A stretch of 64,000 bases of DNA from Azolla caroliniana. Its lineage: Eukaryota; Plantae; Polypodiophyta. Under the pieces are notes generated by a model that searched no databases, was not told the DNA's origin, and saw nothing but the letters and a program-made list of their open reading frames with translations. The stretch is taken from the NCBI GenBank assembly GCA_043228905.1, contig JBHGNT010000007.1, positions 12,276,001 to 12,340,000 of the forward strand, given 5' to 3'. Positions 24,056 to 38,946 of the stretch are shown in pieces; within the stretch, counting starts at the first letter, position 1; each line of letters begins with the position of its first letter. The position numbers and the translations under genes were made by a program.

Positions 24056-27000
24056 TGACAGGAACACATGCTCTCAATGAACAATGCTCGGCCACAACCA
24101 AGCTTAGAATCAAAACACAGAAAGACGGGAATCAATGCACGACACAAAGGAGAGAAGAGTACACAGGATGTTTAACGTGGAAAATTCTGAGAGGGAAAAC
24201 TATCACTATATCACAATGATTACAACAGTGAGCTCACGGAGGCAACGACGTCGTGCTCACGATCTTCGCCACACGCAGCGGTTACAACAGAGGCAACGAC
24301 CTCTTCCTCTCTCTTTCTTTCTCTCTCTCTCTCTCTGTGTACACCGTTGCGCTCTAATCTTTCGCCAACAAGAATGACAACAACAACATATACTAAGTTT
24401 GCCCTAAGTCATATTTATACTAAAATGACTTTTCGGCTATCTACAAATGTAGCCCCAATGGACTCTCAGAAACATATTTACAAATATGTCCCTTCATCCG
24501 GTGAGCACTCCTCACCGGGCCCGCATCATCCGGCGCTTGCCGGGTACTCATCATCCGGTTCTCACCGGGTCTTCTATTGCCGGGTACTTCACATCCGGTT
24601 CTCACTAGGTCTTCCGTTGACGAGTACTTCACATTCGGTTCTCACCGGGTCTTCACCATCCGGCTCTTGCCGGGTACTCGTCATCCGGTTCTCACTGGGT
24701 CATCCCATCCGGAGGGCCCTATTTCCTAACAAACTCCCCCTTCACTCCGGCATCGGATGTCTTAGTAGTCTGAATCGCTTCCGACATGCATCTAGCTTGT
24801 CAAGTGTCAGTACTTTGGTCAACATATCTGACCCGTTCTCGGCCGTGTGGATCTTCGTCAGCGCGAACTCCTGGTCATCTACTCTTTCCCGGATCTAGTG
24901 ATACCTACGCTGGAGATGCTTCGTCCGGGAATGGTAGGCTGCATTCTTAGCAAGGTGGATGGCACTTTGACTATCGCAATAGAGCCAGTATTCATCTTGC
25001 CGGATACCGAGCTCTCCGATGAAGTCCTTCATCCATAATATTTCCTTGACGGCTTCCACAGCCGCCATGTACTCTGCTTCCATGGTTGACAACGCAACCG
25101 TCTTTTGCAGCCCCGACTGCCACGAAACAACTCCCCCTGCATATGTCATTACATACCCGGATGTAGACCGACTGGTATCCACATTAGCCGACATGTCCGA
25201 ATTGGTAAAACCGTCAAGTTGAGGTTTTCCGGAGCCGAATCAGAGACACATATTTGAAGTGCCCTTCAAGTACCGGAGTATCCATTTGACCGCGTTCCAG
25301 TGCTCCTTGCCGGGATTGCTCATAAACCGGCTTACCACTCCGACTATGTATCCAATATCTGGTCGAATACACACCATTGCGTACATTAAGCTCCCGACAA
25401 CAGAGGCATATGGAAACTTAATCATATTCGCCTTCTCTGCTTTCATCTTCGGGCTTTGCTTACCAGATAACCTGCAGTTTGTTGGAACTGTCGATCCGAC
25501 TGGTTTCACATCTGACATGTTGAACCGCTGAAGCACCTTTGCCACGTACTTCTCCTATGACAGCAACAATTGCTTCGTTGGCCGGTTCCGGATGATATGC
25601 ATCCCCAACATCTGTCTTGCCGGACCCAAGTCTTTCATTGAGAAGGTCCGGTTGAGAGCCTTCTTCAACATCCGTATTTTGGCTTGGTCCCGTCCGACAA
25701 TCAACATGTCGTCTGCGTACAGAAGGAGTATCAAGAAGTCGCCTCCTTCGAACTTCTTCACAAACACACAATGATCGGCCTGCGTCTTGTGGTACCCTTG
25801 ATCGGTCATGAAGGAGTCGAACTTTCGGTACCATTGTCGGGGGGCCTGCTTCAACCCGTAGAGGCTCTTCTTCAACCGGAAATCCAGGTGCTCCTTCCCT
25901 TTCTCCACGAATCCTTCCGGTTGCTGCATGTAGATCTCCTCTTCGAGGTCACCGTGAAAGAATGTCGTCTTCACGTCCAACTGCTCTACCTCGAGGTTCA
26001 TGCTTGCCGCTATACTCAACACCGTTTGGATGGAGGTCATCTTTACTATCGGGGCAAATATCTCGTCGAAGTCCACGCCCTTCTTCTGCTGGAACCCCTT
26101 CACCACGATCCTGGCTTTGTATCTCGGGGGGTTGTCGGCATCTCCCGGTTTCAACTTGTACACCCACTTGTTTCGGAGTGCCCGCTTTCCTTTTGGCAAC
26201 TCCACCAATTCGTACGTATGGTTCTCATGCAGGGAATCCACTTTCATCCTGCATGGCACTTAACCATTTTCGGCTGTGGGTGTCATCCTTAGCTTCTTCG
26301 AAGCTTTATGGCTCCCCCTCATCGGTTAGCAACACATGCTCAACATCTAGAAATCTCCGGGGGGCCCTTCTCTCTCTGAGAGGATATCTCCGTCTTTGGG
26401 CTTCGGTGACCGGCTCCTCCATTTGCTCTTCATCCGAATCCGATTCGGGGTTTTGGCCGGTTCCGGTTTCAGCTTCCTCTCCTTCTTCTTCTGCCGGTTC
26501 GGTATCCTCACCGTAACCAGCTAGTTCCTCGAGTGCTAACAGGTCTCTTGCCGGTTGGGTCTGCTCATCGTAGAATCGATCCTTACCGGTCGACTCGGAG
26601 TTCATCATCTTCTTCTCCGACTCCCAATCGGCAAGCGTCTTGTCCTTCATGAAGATAATATCTCAACTCCGGAATACCTTCTTGTCGACCAGGTCCCACA
26701 CTCGGTAGCCGAACTGATCGTCGCCGTAACCGAGGAATATGCATGGCCGGGTCTTTGGATCTAGTTTTCCTATCCGGTACTTATCTACATGCACGTACGC
26801 AAGACACTCGAATACCTTCAGATGCCGATAGGAGACATCCTTACCGGTCCAGACTCTTTGTGGCGTGTCTCCGTCCAAGGGTACTGAGGGTGATATGTTT
26901 ATCACATATGTCGCCGTCGACAGTGCCTCAGCCAAAAACTTCTTGGGTAGTTTTGCATGCGCCAGCATACTTCGGACCCTCTTCATTATGGTCCGGTTCA

Positions 27001-29529
27001 TCCTCTCGGCCAGCCCGTTTAGTTCCGGCGTCTTCGGCACGGTAAATTCGAGCTGGATTCCCTTCGAGCGACAGTACTCCTCGAACTGCCCCCGGTATTC
27101 ATCTTCGTTATCTGCTCGAACCGCCTTCAGCTCCCGGCCGGTCTCTCTTTCCACTCTTGCGTGGAGCTCTTTGAAGACGGATAACACCTGATCCTTCGTC
27201 TTCAACGGTGTGGCCCACAGCTTCCGGCTGTGGTCATCTATGAACGTCACGAAGTACTGCGATCCTGCATGTGACTTCGTGTCCACTTGACACACATTAG
27301 TATGCACCAACGCCAGTGGTGCATTACGTCTCATCGGTGGCCTTGGTCGGAAGGAGGTCCGGTTTTTCTTACCGGCCAGACAATTAGTGCACTTCTCCAA
27401 GTGCACGTTCTTCACTGGAATGAGGTTGTTGTCTGCAAGCCTCTTCATCCCCTTCTCGCTCATGTGACACAGCCTCTTGTGCCACAGCTCACCAGTTGTG
27501 TCAGATGCCACGTTCACTTCTTCCGGACATAACCGGGCATTCATCAGGTACATCGTGTTTACCTTCCGGGCCCGAGCCACAATCAGGCTTCCTTTGTTGA
27601 ACTTCATAACACCGTTCCGGATGCTGCCCGTGTAGCCTTCATCATCTAGCCAACCGGCTGATATCAGGTTCAGAAGAACCTCCGGAACGTGTCAGACATC
27701 CTTCAGCAGCAACTTGCATCCGGTTGGTGTTGTCAACCATACGTCTCCTATGCCGACAATTCAGCATGTACCTTCATTCCCCATCCGGACACAGCCGTGA
27801 TCACCGGTTGAGTAGGATGAGAAGCATTCCCGGTCCGGGGTAAGGTGGAACGACGCTCCGGAGTCGACCACCCAGGTCATCTCGTCGCCGGCAAGATTTA
27901 TCTCACCCTCCTTGGTGATGAGCATCACCTCTTCTTCACTTGCCACGATTGTTGTCGTCCCCTTCCGGTTCGTTCCCCTCTGGTCTTTATCGTTCCGGTC
28001 CGGAGTCCGCTTCGAATCGATACTGTTGGTTTCCTTGTCTTTTCGGAAATGCCGACAGTTCTTCTGGAAGTGTCCCGGCTTGCGCAATAGAAGCAAGTAG
28101 GCCTCCCCCTTGACTTTGACCGTGTCTCCGACTTCTCCCGGTTTTGGGGACTACGGTTCCTTTGTCTTCCGCGTTCCAATTCGGTAAGGAGCGCTTTGGA
28201 GTCGAAGCTCGTATCCTTATCTTTTCGACGCGCCTCCTCATCTAGCAAGCTCGACTTTACTCTTCCTAGGGATAACCGTTTCCCTTCCGGCCCGGCGTTG
28301 CCCAAAGTGACAACCAACGTCTCCCAGCTATCCGGGAGGGAACCGAGCAGGAGTAGCGCTAGTACCTCGTCGGCGAGAGGTACTTCCAATGATGTTGCCT
28401 GGTGAATCAGCCCCTGGAAGGCATTCATGTGCTCCGCCATGCTGGAGCCATCTTTGTACCATAGTCTTACTAGCTTTCGGAATATCGAAACCTGGTTAAC
28501 AATATTTTTGTTCGGAAACATAATGCCGATCTTCTCCCAGAGCTCATGAGCCTTGCTCTCTTCATTGAAGTTGTTGTATAGGCTCATGTCGATGAAGCAC
28601 TGTATGTACACCGTTGTCTTCATGTGCATCACCTCCCATATCGTGGCGTGGATTTTGTCCAGTCTCTTGTCCCTGAACTGAACCGGCAACCAAAGATCTT
28701 TAACCACGAGCATGTCCCTCATCTTCGACTTCCACACTGAATAGTTGGAGCCGGTGAGCTTGAACATGCCGCCCAACGATTCGTCCATCGTCTGTGTCGT
28801 TTTGCTTTGATACCACTTGACAGGAACACACGCTCCCGATGAACAACGCTCGGCCACAACCAAGCTTAGAATCAAAACACAGAAAGAAGGGAATGAATGC
28901 ACGACACAAAGGAGAGAAGAGTACACAGGATGTTTAACGATGAAAACTGAGAGGGAAAAACCACGGGAGTTCACAGACTCCAAACTATCACTATATCACA
29001 ATGATTACAACAGTGAGCTCACGGAGGCAACGACCTCGTGCTCACGATCTTCGCCACAGGCGGCAGTTACAACAGAGGCAACGACCTTTTCCTCTCTCTC
29101 TCTCTCTCTGTGTACACTGTTGCGCTCTAATCTTGTGCCAACAAGAATGACAACAACAACATATACTAAGTTTGCCCTAAGTCATATTTATACTAAAATG
29201 ACTTTTCGGCTATTTAGAAATGTAGCCCCGATGGACTATCAGAAACATATTTACAAATATGTCCCTTCATCCGGTGAGCACTCCTCACTGGGCCCGCATC
29301 ATCCGGCACTTGCCAGGTACTCATCATCCGGTTCTCACCGGGTTTTCCGTTGCCGGGTACTTCACATTCGGTTCTCACCGGGTCTTCACCATCCGGTTCT
29401 CACCGGGTCTTCCGTTGTTGGGTACTTCACATCCGGTTCTCACTGGGTCTTCAGCATCCGGCTCTTGCCAGGTACTCGTCATCCGGTTCTCACCGGGTCA
29501 TCCCATCCGAAGGGACCTGTTTCCTAACA
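24056..29529 (-). mobile_element. Ty1/Copia element D inserted in the 3' LTR of E
   Basis: LTRs 28818-29529 (5') and 24056-24731 (3'), TSD AATAT, PBS TGGTATCAAAGC (28804-28815), PPT GAAGGGGGAG. Confidence 0.95.
24742..28788 (-). pseudogene. Copia D gag-pol (Tnt1-like)
   Basis: KLTGSNYSVWK, WVVDSGASFH, FVTFIDDHSRK, LYGLKQAPRQWY, YHSRTKH; scattered stops and frameshifts. Confidence 0.92.
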
Positions 29530-29944
29530 AATATTAGAAAACGAAACTTATATTAAACGATAGAGCTCCTAGTGATTACAGTACTCGACTCTCAGCCGGA
29601 AACAGTTTGTACAGAGTTTGCTGCTAGGATATTACTCTTGCTAAGAATGATCTAGATAATCTGCCCTTGAGGTATGCATAACTCGGGTTATATAGTTTTC
29701 CCCTTCAGACAGAGCCAAGCCATCGGCTGATTGTGAGGGCTAAAACACGGCTATTTCTAGTCTTACCTATTTCCTCACCTACTCTTCTACCTAACGATGT
29801 GTTTACATAATATATTTATATTTCTGGCCTATGGACAACACTTGGCACGCCCACGGTTCACAATGTGGAGGAGTAACCATGGATTTGGCAAAACAACACA
29901 AATTACAAAAATTGCCCGTTCATACGAGGGCTTATAGGTTTGTT

Positions 29945-32900
29945 TTATTCCTCTTCCAATATGCCGAGGATATCCTCGAGGGCATGGGGTTGGTCTGGCT
30001 GCTCTGAAGGTGGGGTTGGTGATGGAGGTTTTGTTGTCGAGTCGGGGATGGTTGTGTCGTCGTGTGTGCCCTCCTCTGTTGGGACCGGTTCAGGCAGGGT
30101 CGTGGTTGTAGTCTGTGGCTCGGGTGGGATGTGGAGGTTTGTAGGGGCAAGTTTCTCCTATCTAGCTGTCGTGGTGGGTGGCTCAGGTGGGATGTGGAGG
30201 TCTATAGGGGCAGGTTCCTCTGGTCTAGCTGTCGTGGTGGGTGGCTCGGGTCCTTGCTCGTTGGTTGTGGGAGCTCTGTTAATCCCGGTAGCTAGTCGTT
30301 CCTCCTCATAAGCTTCGGCTTCTAAGCGAAACACCATTAGATCGTCGTTGAATTCCTCTAAAAGCTGCTCGATGGCCGTGGTGTGGGATGCTGCTAAGGT
30401 ATGACATTCCTCAGTTAAGTCTTCATGGAGGGTCTGGATGCTGGTGTCATCCATCTTGTAAAACCCTCGGCCCTCCTTCCGTCGGTTCTCGGCATCCGCG
30501 CGTAGTATGTGTAGGTCCGCGGCTTGGGTTGACCACCCCTGCCTGACATGGTCAAGCGTTTCTTTGATCTTCGTGGTGAATTGTTGGCGATACTTGTTGA
30601 TTAGGATCTTGATTTTAGTATCGTCCATGCCGATGCTAGCGCGGTGAACTTCCATTGCCTCCCTTGCGGCCTTGGCTTCTTCTTGGCTTTTGCGGATGAG
30701 GAGTGCTAAAGTAGCTTGATTATCTTTTGCTTTTTCGGTGATGAGCGCGATTGTCTGATCATAACGTTTGGTGAGCTGAGCTACAGTTTCGTTCATGTCC
30801 TGTCGCCAAGCGTCCCAATGTTGTTCTCTGGCAGCAATGTGCTCGGTTTGCAACTGGTGATATGCATCGGAAAATTTTGCCCTTTGCTCTTCCGAGATCC
30901 TCCACTTCTGCATATGTTCGTTGGCCATGTCTTGTAAGGCCCTTTGATGACATCATAATTCCTGGTTGTCTGCGAAGAGCTCTTGTTCCCGTTTGCTATT
31001 CCGCTCTGCATCTTTGATGAAACGTTCTTTGGCCTCAATGATAGAGACCTGAAGGGTCATCACCTCTCTTTCTCGTTCTTCAAGTGCGGCCGACCTTTCA
31101 GCAAGCAGTCGCTTGAGGTCAACTTCGTGGCTCGCGGCTTGTTCCCGTAGCTGGCCAAGAATGTTGTGGTGGTTTTGTTCTGCCAACTCGGCCAGAGTGA
31201 TCTGGGCCTTAAGCTCCTCCTGGTAGTCCCCAAGGGGAGGCCCTGTTTGGGAGAGGGTTCCCTATCTGTCTGTGTAGATCGTTCCATGATGACCAGGGGT
31301 GGTGGCGTTTGCGTGGAGGCGTGGCTGGTTTGGGGTGCGGGTTGATATTTGCCCATGACGATGGCTTGCTTGTCTGTACCAAGTCTGTCATTGTGTCGGC
31401 ATCGGTCGTGGCTACCCTAGGGTGAGTGGTGTCGTCTTTGTGTGCTTCGGTACCTGCAGCACTCAAGCTCGGAAGAGTGGCTGGTGAGACAACGTCACTC
31501 GGCGTAGGGAGGCTTAAGGGCGGTTGTTCTGGATGTTGCTGCTTGAATGTCGCCAGTTCCTCCTTAGCGGCTTGCCATAGCTCGGTAGCCCGTTTGGCTT
31601 GTTGATGCGCCGTTTTGATACGTCGGGCCATGTCCTTGGCTGCCCGAGTAGTGTGGTGTAGATTGTAATATGCCTCGACTAAGGCCATGTTCAGATCTGG
31701 TAGTTCCATGAGGAGCGAAGCATTCTGTGCTTGCTTCTTCTGTCCTATCTTCTGTAAGGCTCGATCCTCGTGAGGTTGGATTTCTCCCATTAGAGCGCAT
31801 TGGATCATCTTTGTTTCGGCGTGCTCCTCGGCCATACGAGCGGCAACAGCTACTTGGGCGTGCGCGAGGAAATCCATTAACTCATATGTTGTGCCCAGTC
31901 GAAGTACTGCACTGAACTCGTATGCCTCCGCAGGGAGATCTTTGTAACCGAGGACTTCCTCCTCTGATATCTGCGTGGTTTGTCCATGCTCGATCCTACC
32001 AACTTGGAGCCATGACTCCGCTGGTACCATGGCCGTGGAGGTTGGGCTGGCCTCTTTTGCTTTTTGATGATGGTCGCCCTTGGGTCCTATGGGTGACTCT
32101 CAAATGATGCGGTCTCATTTTGGTGGCTGATCCTATGTGTCCGGGGCCGGTGGTGTTGGCTCCTCGGCCTGTTTCCTCTTTTGTTGTCGTATGGCCGAGG
32201 GCTACTGGCTTGTGGGCCGTGGGCTCGATTTTGGAGAGTTCATTGATGTCCTTGGCGTTTTCTGGCGTATGGTGACATCCTCGGTGATGGGCTCCTCGGC
32301 CTCGTCCCATTAGACACGGGTCGCTGTTAACGCCCGTTGTTTCTGTGTTTTTGGTGGGGGTGGTGCCGAGGCAGAAGTAGGGTTCCAAACGGCTGAGGGA
32401 GGTGGAGAAGGTGAGGGGTCTTCCCATTCTTCCTGGGTTAACACCAAGATCTTCTCTCGTTGTTTCCTTGGTGCTGGTGGAGAGGTCAGGATGCGACGAG
32501 GGGAAACCGAAGGAGGTGGGTAGAGGACTGTGAGGAAGTGATTGATCACATGCAACAAACGCTTACCGGTTTGAAAGGATTCAAGCGTCGCACGAACGTC
32601 TTCACCAGTGATGATTCCCCAATCGATTTTGTCGCCTTCATACGCCCGGATGATGATAGCAGCTTTGTTTTGTGGCATACTTGTGGGATTGGTATGCACA
32701 AAGGCGTATTCCATCAAAATCCGAGCGATTTCCCCAAAAGCTTTGTTTGGCCCTCCGTAAGTGCGGTAAGCTTTACCCGACATCGAATACATCCCAAAAT
32801 ATTCCTTGATGATCGAGTGGGGAGGGATTTCAACCTCATGGTCTCCGCCCTGCGCAAGGTGCAGAGCCACGCGAATCATGTTGTTGGATACTGTGTCAGG

Positions 32901-33314
32901 GTGTATTCGGCGTGCTATCGTTGGGGCGTCAGGGTGTGCGGGGGCGTCGATGACCCGTAAGTACCCACCCAGTCCTCGTTGTTGTAGCCAAGAACGGGTT
33001 TCCTATGATGCGGCGAGAGGCATGGTGGATGAGGAGGTTCGCTGGCAGGAGGCGTGGGGGGAAGCGATGAGACGAGGGCGAGACAAGGAGTTGGGGGAAC
33101 GTTGTTGGTCAGTGCAAGGGCCACGAGGGCGAGAGGTAGGAGTCCGTTTGCAGGGGCGATGAGAACGAGATAGAGTTGTAGAGCTTGAAGACGGTGAAGG
33201 CAAGAACGTGTCTGAGTGCGTGGGCACGTTGTGTGTGGGGTAGTTTCTTTTATGTGACTGCCTAGGGTTTTGTGCAGGGAGAAGATCCTTGAGATTCCTA
33301 GTCGTGGCTGCCAT
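29945..33314 (-). pseudogene. Extra ORF (ORF3) of Gypsy E, fragmented
   Basis: ORF pieces 33314-30158 align with G ORF3 (YFG.YS...K.YRT.GG; YEG.K.DW; AD.ENRRKEG; C-terminal IL.IL..E*). Confidence 0.75.
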
Positions 33315-33520
33315 AATAAGGTATTATGGCCACGCGTCCCAGGAGTGCTAGTCTGGTGTGCATGCTCCTTAAATATTCTATTTTAAAGTGGATGTGACTA
33401 GTTGGTGCGCCTAAAACAAATCGTGTGATTGGAGGTGATTAGTTAGGTAATTTTAGGTAATGCTAATTGAACTACTAAAAATCATTCCTATTATATACAT
33501 TTGGTGGGTAGGTCGTGATT

Positions 33521-36500
33521 TTACCGATGGAGACACGTGGCCTCGTTCGAGGCGTCGCCCGGGAGCTGGTTCGTGCCGTCGATCTCAGCGAAAGGATTAA
33601 CTGGGGTCGTCCCGTGGTAAGGTCGAAGTCGGAAGCCATTTACCCAGCTCTTAACGATGTCTACGGGAAGTGTGCCGAGTTGGAATGTGCCGTTAAACTC
33701 ATCAATGATCCAGAAGGAGCCTGTCCATCGGAATCATAATTTCCCCGGCATAGCACCGAGTCGTGTTTGGAATACTAGCACCGCTTTGCTGAGGGTAAGT
33801 GCTTTCTCCGTACCCTTTCAGTGTCGATCAACGAAGGCTTTGCGTTGTCGTTGGCGTTGCTCCAGGTGAGCCATGTTGGCCACTCGTTGTTCGCCGAGTT
33901 CGAGGAGTTGTTTGAGCCGATAGTGCTCTGATTGAGCCTCGGGTAGCCTTTCCTTAACCTGAACTCGGAGACTCAGAACTTGGAACTCGATTGGCATGAC
34001 TGCTTCCAAACCAAAGGCCATCCGAAAGGGTGTAGATTGAATGCTAGTTTTGATTGTGGTGTTATACGCCCATAATGCACTCTGGAGCTTGTCATCCCAA
34101 TCGGTGTGATTCTCATTGACGATCTTTTTCAGGATTGTCTGCAAAATTTTATTAGTCGACTCCGCCAATCCGTTTGCCTGTGGATAGTACGTCGTACTTT
34201 TCTTATGTATGACCGCGTAGTGTGTAGTGAGTTCGCGAATTATGTGGTTTAGAAAATGCTCGCCTTGGTCACTAATGAGCTCGATTGGGCATCCATATCG
34301 GCAACATAGATGTTCGTATACGAATTTTGCCGTGGATGTAGCGGTATTGTCCCGCAGTGCCTTAGCCTTGACCCATTTTGTGCAATAGTCCGTGGCCACG
34401 ATGATGTACTTGTTATCGGTGTGGGCCGCGGTTGGTTTAAAAGGTCCTACAAAATCTAACCCCCACTTTTGAAATGGCTCTAACGGAAGAATGGGTTGGT
34501 GCGGCATCCAGGCTTGCTCGGTCGATTGTCCCATGCGTTGACATAGATCACATTGTCGACTGAATTTATGAGCATCTTTTTTTGTTGTGGGCCACCATAA
34601 GCCACTCTGCCATATTTTTCTTGTTGTGGCCTCTCCAGTATAATGTCCCCTTGCGATTCCGTGATGTGCCTCCTAGAGGATTGCGGGTTTCTCAAATTGA
34701 CGGATTGCACAACGCCAAATGCTATCCGAGCCTTTGTGGTAGAGGGTCTCGGAGACGAGACACAAGTTCCGGGTCCTGACAACTAGTCGTTTCTGAGCGT
34801 CGAGGGTCAAGTGGTCTGGAGGAAGGCCGATACTGAGAAAATGGGTCATCTCTGTGATCCATTCATCCTCATTCGCGTTTGGCACCGTGGCAAGACTGAA
34901 AAGGGCGGTGTCAGGTAAATCATCGTACGTGGACTCGGCTGGTTCGCCTGACTCGAGGCGGCTCATGTAGTCAGCCACGGCGTGTTGGACGCCGCGCCGA
35001 TGCTGGATCTGAAAATCAAACTCCTATAGCAGGAGCATCCATCGGGCCAGGCGACCTATGAGGGCCTTCTTATTAACCAAGTAGAGGAGGGCCGAGTGGT
35101 CGACGTGGAATGTGAAATTCCGGCCCAAAAGATAATGCCAAAATTTGTTGATGTTGTAGACCATATCGAGGGCCTCGCGTTCAATGGTAGAGTATTTCTT
35201 TTCCACGGCTGAGAGTCGTCAGCTAGCATAATACACGGGCCAGTACCAATTTGGTGGTGTGCGCTGCATGAGCGCGCTGCCGATGGCTATATCTGATGCG
35301 TCTACGAAGACGTGGAAAGGTTCCGACCAGACCGGTGGCTGTACCACAGGGGCATGGGAGAGCATTAACTTCAAGGCTTGGTACACTTCGTCTTATGTTG
35401 AAGACCACTAAAATGGGAGTCGATGCACCGCCGCATGCAAAGGAGTCGCGAAATCGGCCAGGTGGCGTATCATCCAGCTATGCCATCTAATTTGGCCCAA
35501 GAATCTACTGAGAGCCTTCGCGGTAGAGGGCGCAGGGGCATTCAGAATGTCCTGCACTTTATCCAGGTCCATGGCGATGCCTTCCTGGCTGACTATGTGA
35601 CCGAGCAAGTTGCCGCTTGTCACCAAGAACACCCATTTTGCCGGATATAAGCTCAAGCGAGCGTGCCGACATCGTTCGAGCCAGAGCCGTAGCTAGGTCA
35701 TATGCTCCAGCCGTTGGCCATAAACTGCAAAGTTGTCGAGGAACACTTGCATGAACGCCGGAATATACTCGTTGAAAATCTCTGAGATGATGCGTTGGAA
35801 CATGGCCGGTGCTGTTTTTAATCCGAACATCATTACCTCGACCACGAAGACACCCCAGTCCGTGACAAACGCCGTTTTCTCCTGATTGTCCGGGTGCATT
35901 CGGATTTGATTATAGCCACTGAACCCATCGAGGAAACTGTAGCATTCATGACCAGCCACCATGTCGAGGACACTATCCATGAATGGAAGAGGAAACCCAT
36001 CCGTGACGGTCGCGGCATTGAGTTTGCGGTAATCAACACAAACACAGATTTTCCCATTTTTCATGGGGACGATGACGATTGGGCTTAACCATGTGGCTCT
36101 TTTTACTGGGCGTATAAACCCTACTCGCAGGAGTTTGTTGATTTCCTCTTTGACCTTAGCCACGTAGTTGGGGTTCATCTGGTACCATCACTGTTGGCTC
36201 GGCCGAGTGTTCGACAAGAGGTGTACTTGATGTTGGTAAATTTGGGGATCCAATCCCTTCATATTAGTGTAAGACCATGCGAACACATCCTGATACTCCG
36301 TGAGCATGCGTATTAGGGCTGACTGTTCGTCGGTTGGTAAGTTATTAGCGATTTGTAGTGTACGTAGGTTCTTGTCGGAGTCGAGGTTCAGTGACTCGAG
36401 CGTTGATGCTTTGACTCGCTGGGAGATGGCGAGTTCTTGTTCGAACGCGTCCCGAGCTTGTCGTAGTTTCGCGATAGTTGTGGAATCGGCTTCGTCCTGG

Positions 36501-38946
36501 GGAAGGGAATCTGTCGTGCCATCCTCGTCCAGTGGTGTGCCGAAACCCGAAATGGCATTTATTTCAAAGAGGGGTATGATAGTGGGGTGATCTTCCAACA
36601 AGTCATCCACCTCTTCGTCGGCTAAGCCGTTGAGCATGTGTACCCCTTCCACGTATAAGGGCGTAGTGTTGTGGGGCTTGGTGAGGCGTTCTTCTGTTAT
36701 TACCCGTACCTTGGACTTCCCCCGGCGGAAGGAGATCATATTCCGCTGCCAATGTTGTTTAATATTTGTTGTGTGCAGCCAGGGTCGGCCAAGCAGCATT
36801 GGGTAAGCGCCCGGAGCTTCGAGGCATAACATGACTGCCGAGATTGTGAACATGTGGCCGCCTAACGTGAAATCAAGGTGGCGAATTAACCTGATGGGGC
36901 GAACCGATCGCGTATCGGCCATCCGTAGCCAAAAGGGGCACGACTCCCATTGGTTTATGCCGAGGGTGTGACATGTGGCCTCGTTGATGACATTCACATC
37001 GGAGCCACCGTCGATTATGCACCCATGAAGGTCGCGTCCTTTAATCATGATTTTCTTGGCTGGATTTTGGGAATCCATGAGAGGTGGGCCTGTCCTTGGC
37101 TCTGTCAGGTTAACAGGGGGTGCGACCGATTTGTCGTTAGTGGTGAGCTTAGCCAAGGTATCCTGAAAGCGCGGCATGAGCGGTAACAACTTATGTAATG
37201 GCAGCGAGATCCTAGCGCTTGTAAGGGCTTCCCATAGATGGTCATCTTTTGCCGTGGTGGATGGTTCTGCGGCCGGTGGTGCGTCGATGGTCACGTCATG
37301 CATCTCTGTGTGCATTTGTGCCACGTTGCGTTTATTGGCGGTCTCAATCCATTCCTTGGTTGCTTGTCGGATGTCATCATGTTCTTGCCATTGGCTGGCG
37401 TGGGTCTTGCTACGTGTAGTGACGTGTTGGACGTTGGCCATAATAGTATTCATAGTTAGGGCCTTGCCGCGGTTCGTGGTTGGGCATTGGGTAGCGTAGT
37501 GGCCGGGTTGGTTCACTTAAAGCAGATAACGGATGCCGAGTTGCCAGTGTCACCGTGCTCAATGTGTGGGAAGGGTTGTGATTGGTTCCCGACCGATTGG
37601 GTAGGCGTGTTGGCTCGTGGCGCGGTGTGCGGGGCGTTTGGAGGGGGGTCCCGACGATGATTGTCATTTTGACGTTGATTGTTCCGTGGACCTCTATAAG
37701 AGTTTCGTCGATCATTTCGTGCATACCACTGATCATACCGGTCCTCCCGACCGTCGTCATACCGATCGTACTCATCGTTTGCTCTATATTGGTCGTCGTG
37801 GTATTGGTCACGGTCGTCCAATTTCCTGCGATTGTCGTGGCGGTACCAGTCGTCGTCGTGGCGGTAGTCGTCCTCATGGCGCTAGCGATCCGGGGATCGT
37901 GGTCGCTCGTTTGCCCGATGTCGTTATGACTGATGTTCATCCTGCCGGGAATACGTATTGCGCAGCTCGATCTGGCGAACCGGAGCCGTCATTGTGTGGT
38001 TGAGCATGTTGTACTCACATTGTTCGATCATGTGAGCTCGGGACTGACATATTGGGCAGTGTGGCTGGTGAGAGCACTCAAGAGCCAGATGGCCTGAGCC
38101 TGAGCAGGCCGTGCATTGAAGGGCTTATTGGAAACGATTGCCCTCCTGAGGAAGGGAGCTTTGCAAAGAGCCCATGGAGAAAACCGTGGTATATTGTGTC
38201 CGATCGATTGCAAGGATGCGTGCGATGACTTGCTCGATAGTCTGGTTGGAGAAATCTGTAAGTGCGAGAGTCCTTCGTAGAGGCTCCCGTAGGCTGGACA
38301 GGAAGGTATCCAGAATGTGATGAGTGGAGACATCGTCGGCCAGTTGTCGGTAGAGATCTTGAAACCGGATCGTGAACTGGGCAACCGTCTCGTGAGGTTC
38401 TTGGCTCATGGAAAAGAATTGTCGGAGTAGTTCTCGCTTCAGAACTTGGTGGTGAAATAATTGTAGGAACTTTGTCTGGACATCCTGGAACGTTGTGACC
38501 TCTCCCATGTCAAGGCGGGAGTACCATCGAGCAGTCGGGCCATCGAGGGATAAAGCAAATTCCGCGAGTTTGGAGGCCTCGATTTTAGCAGCCGATAACC
38601 GCTACGTCGAGTGGTTGGCCTGCCATGTGGACACGAACGACCGGGTGTGTGATTCCACGTCGGGGCTATCGGTATACCGTGGGTAAGGGTAAGGCATGGT
38701 ATCGAGATCCGGGTCCTCATGTAAAGCCGGAAAAGGGTTCAGGTCAAGTTGGGTGACCTCTGGAGGGCTCGACGGGGAGGTTGGTGCGGAATCAACTTGC
38801 AACTGGGTATTGGGTGGTGAGGATTGCCGGTGAGCCTCCGATAGTTCCTGGAACGATTGGTCAGTGACCGCCGAGTCGGAAGTTCCCTCGACTGGCTCAG
38901 GGTGTCGGGCAGGTGGCCAAGACCGCGTGATGCGATTGGGCGCCAT
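33521..38946 (-). pseudogene. Gypsy E gag-pol
   Basis: [78 protein letters not shown]. Confidence 0.92.

Noticed and set aside
24135-24898. ORFs in D LTRs (also 28817-29556)
   Set aside because: Spurious frames through the LTR tandem repeats; no protein motifs.
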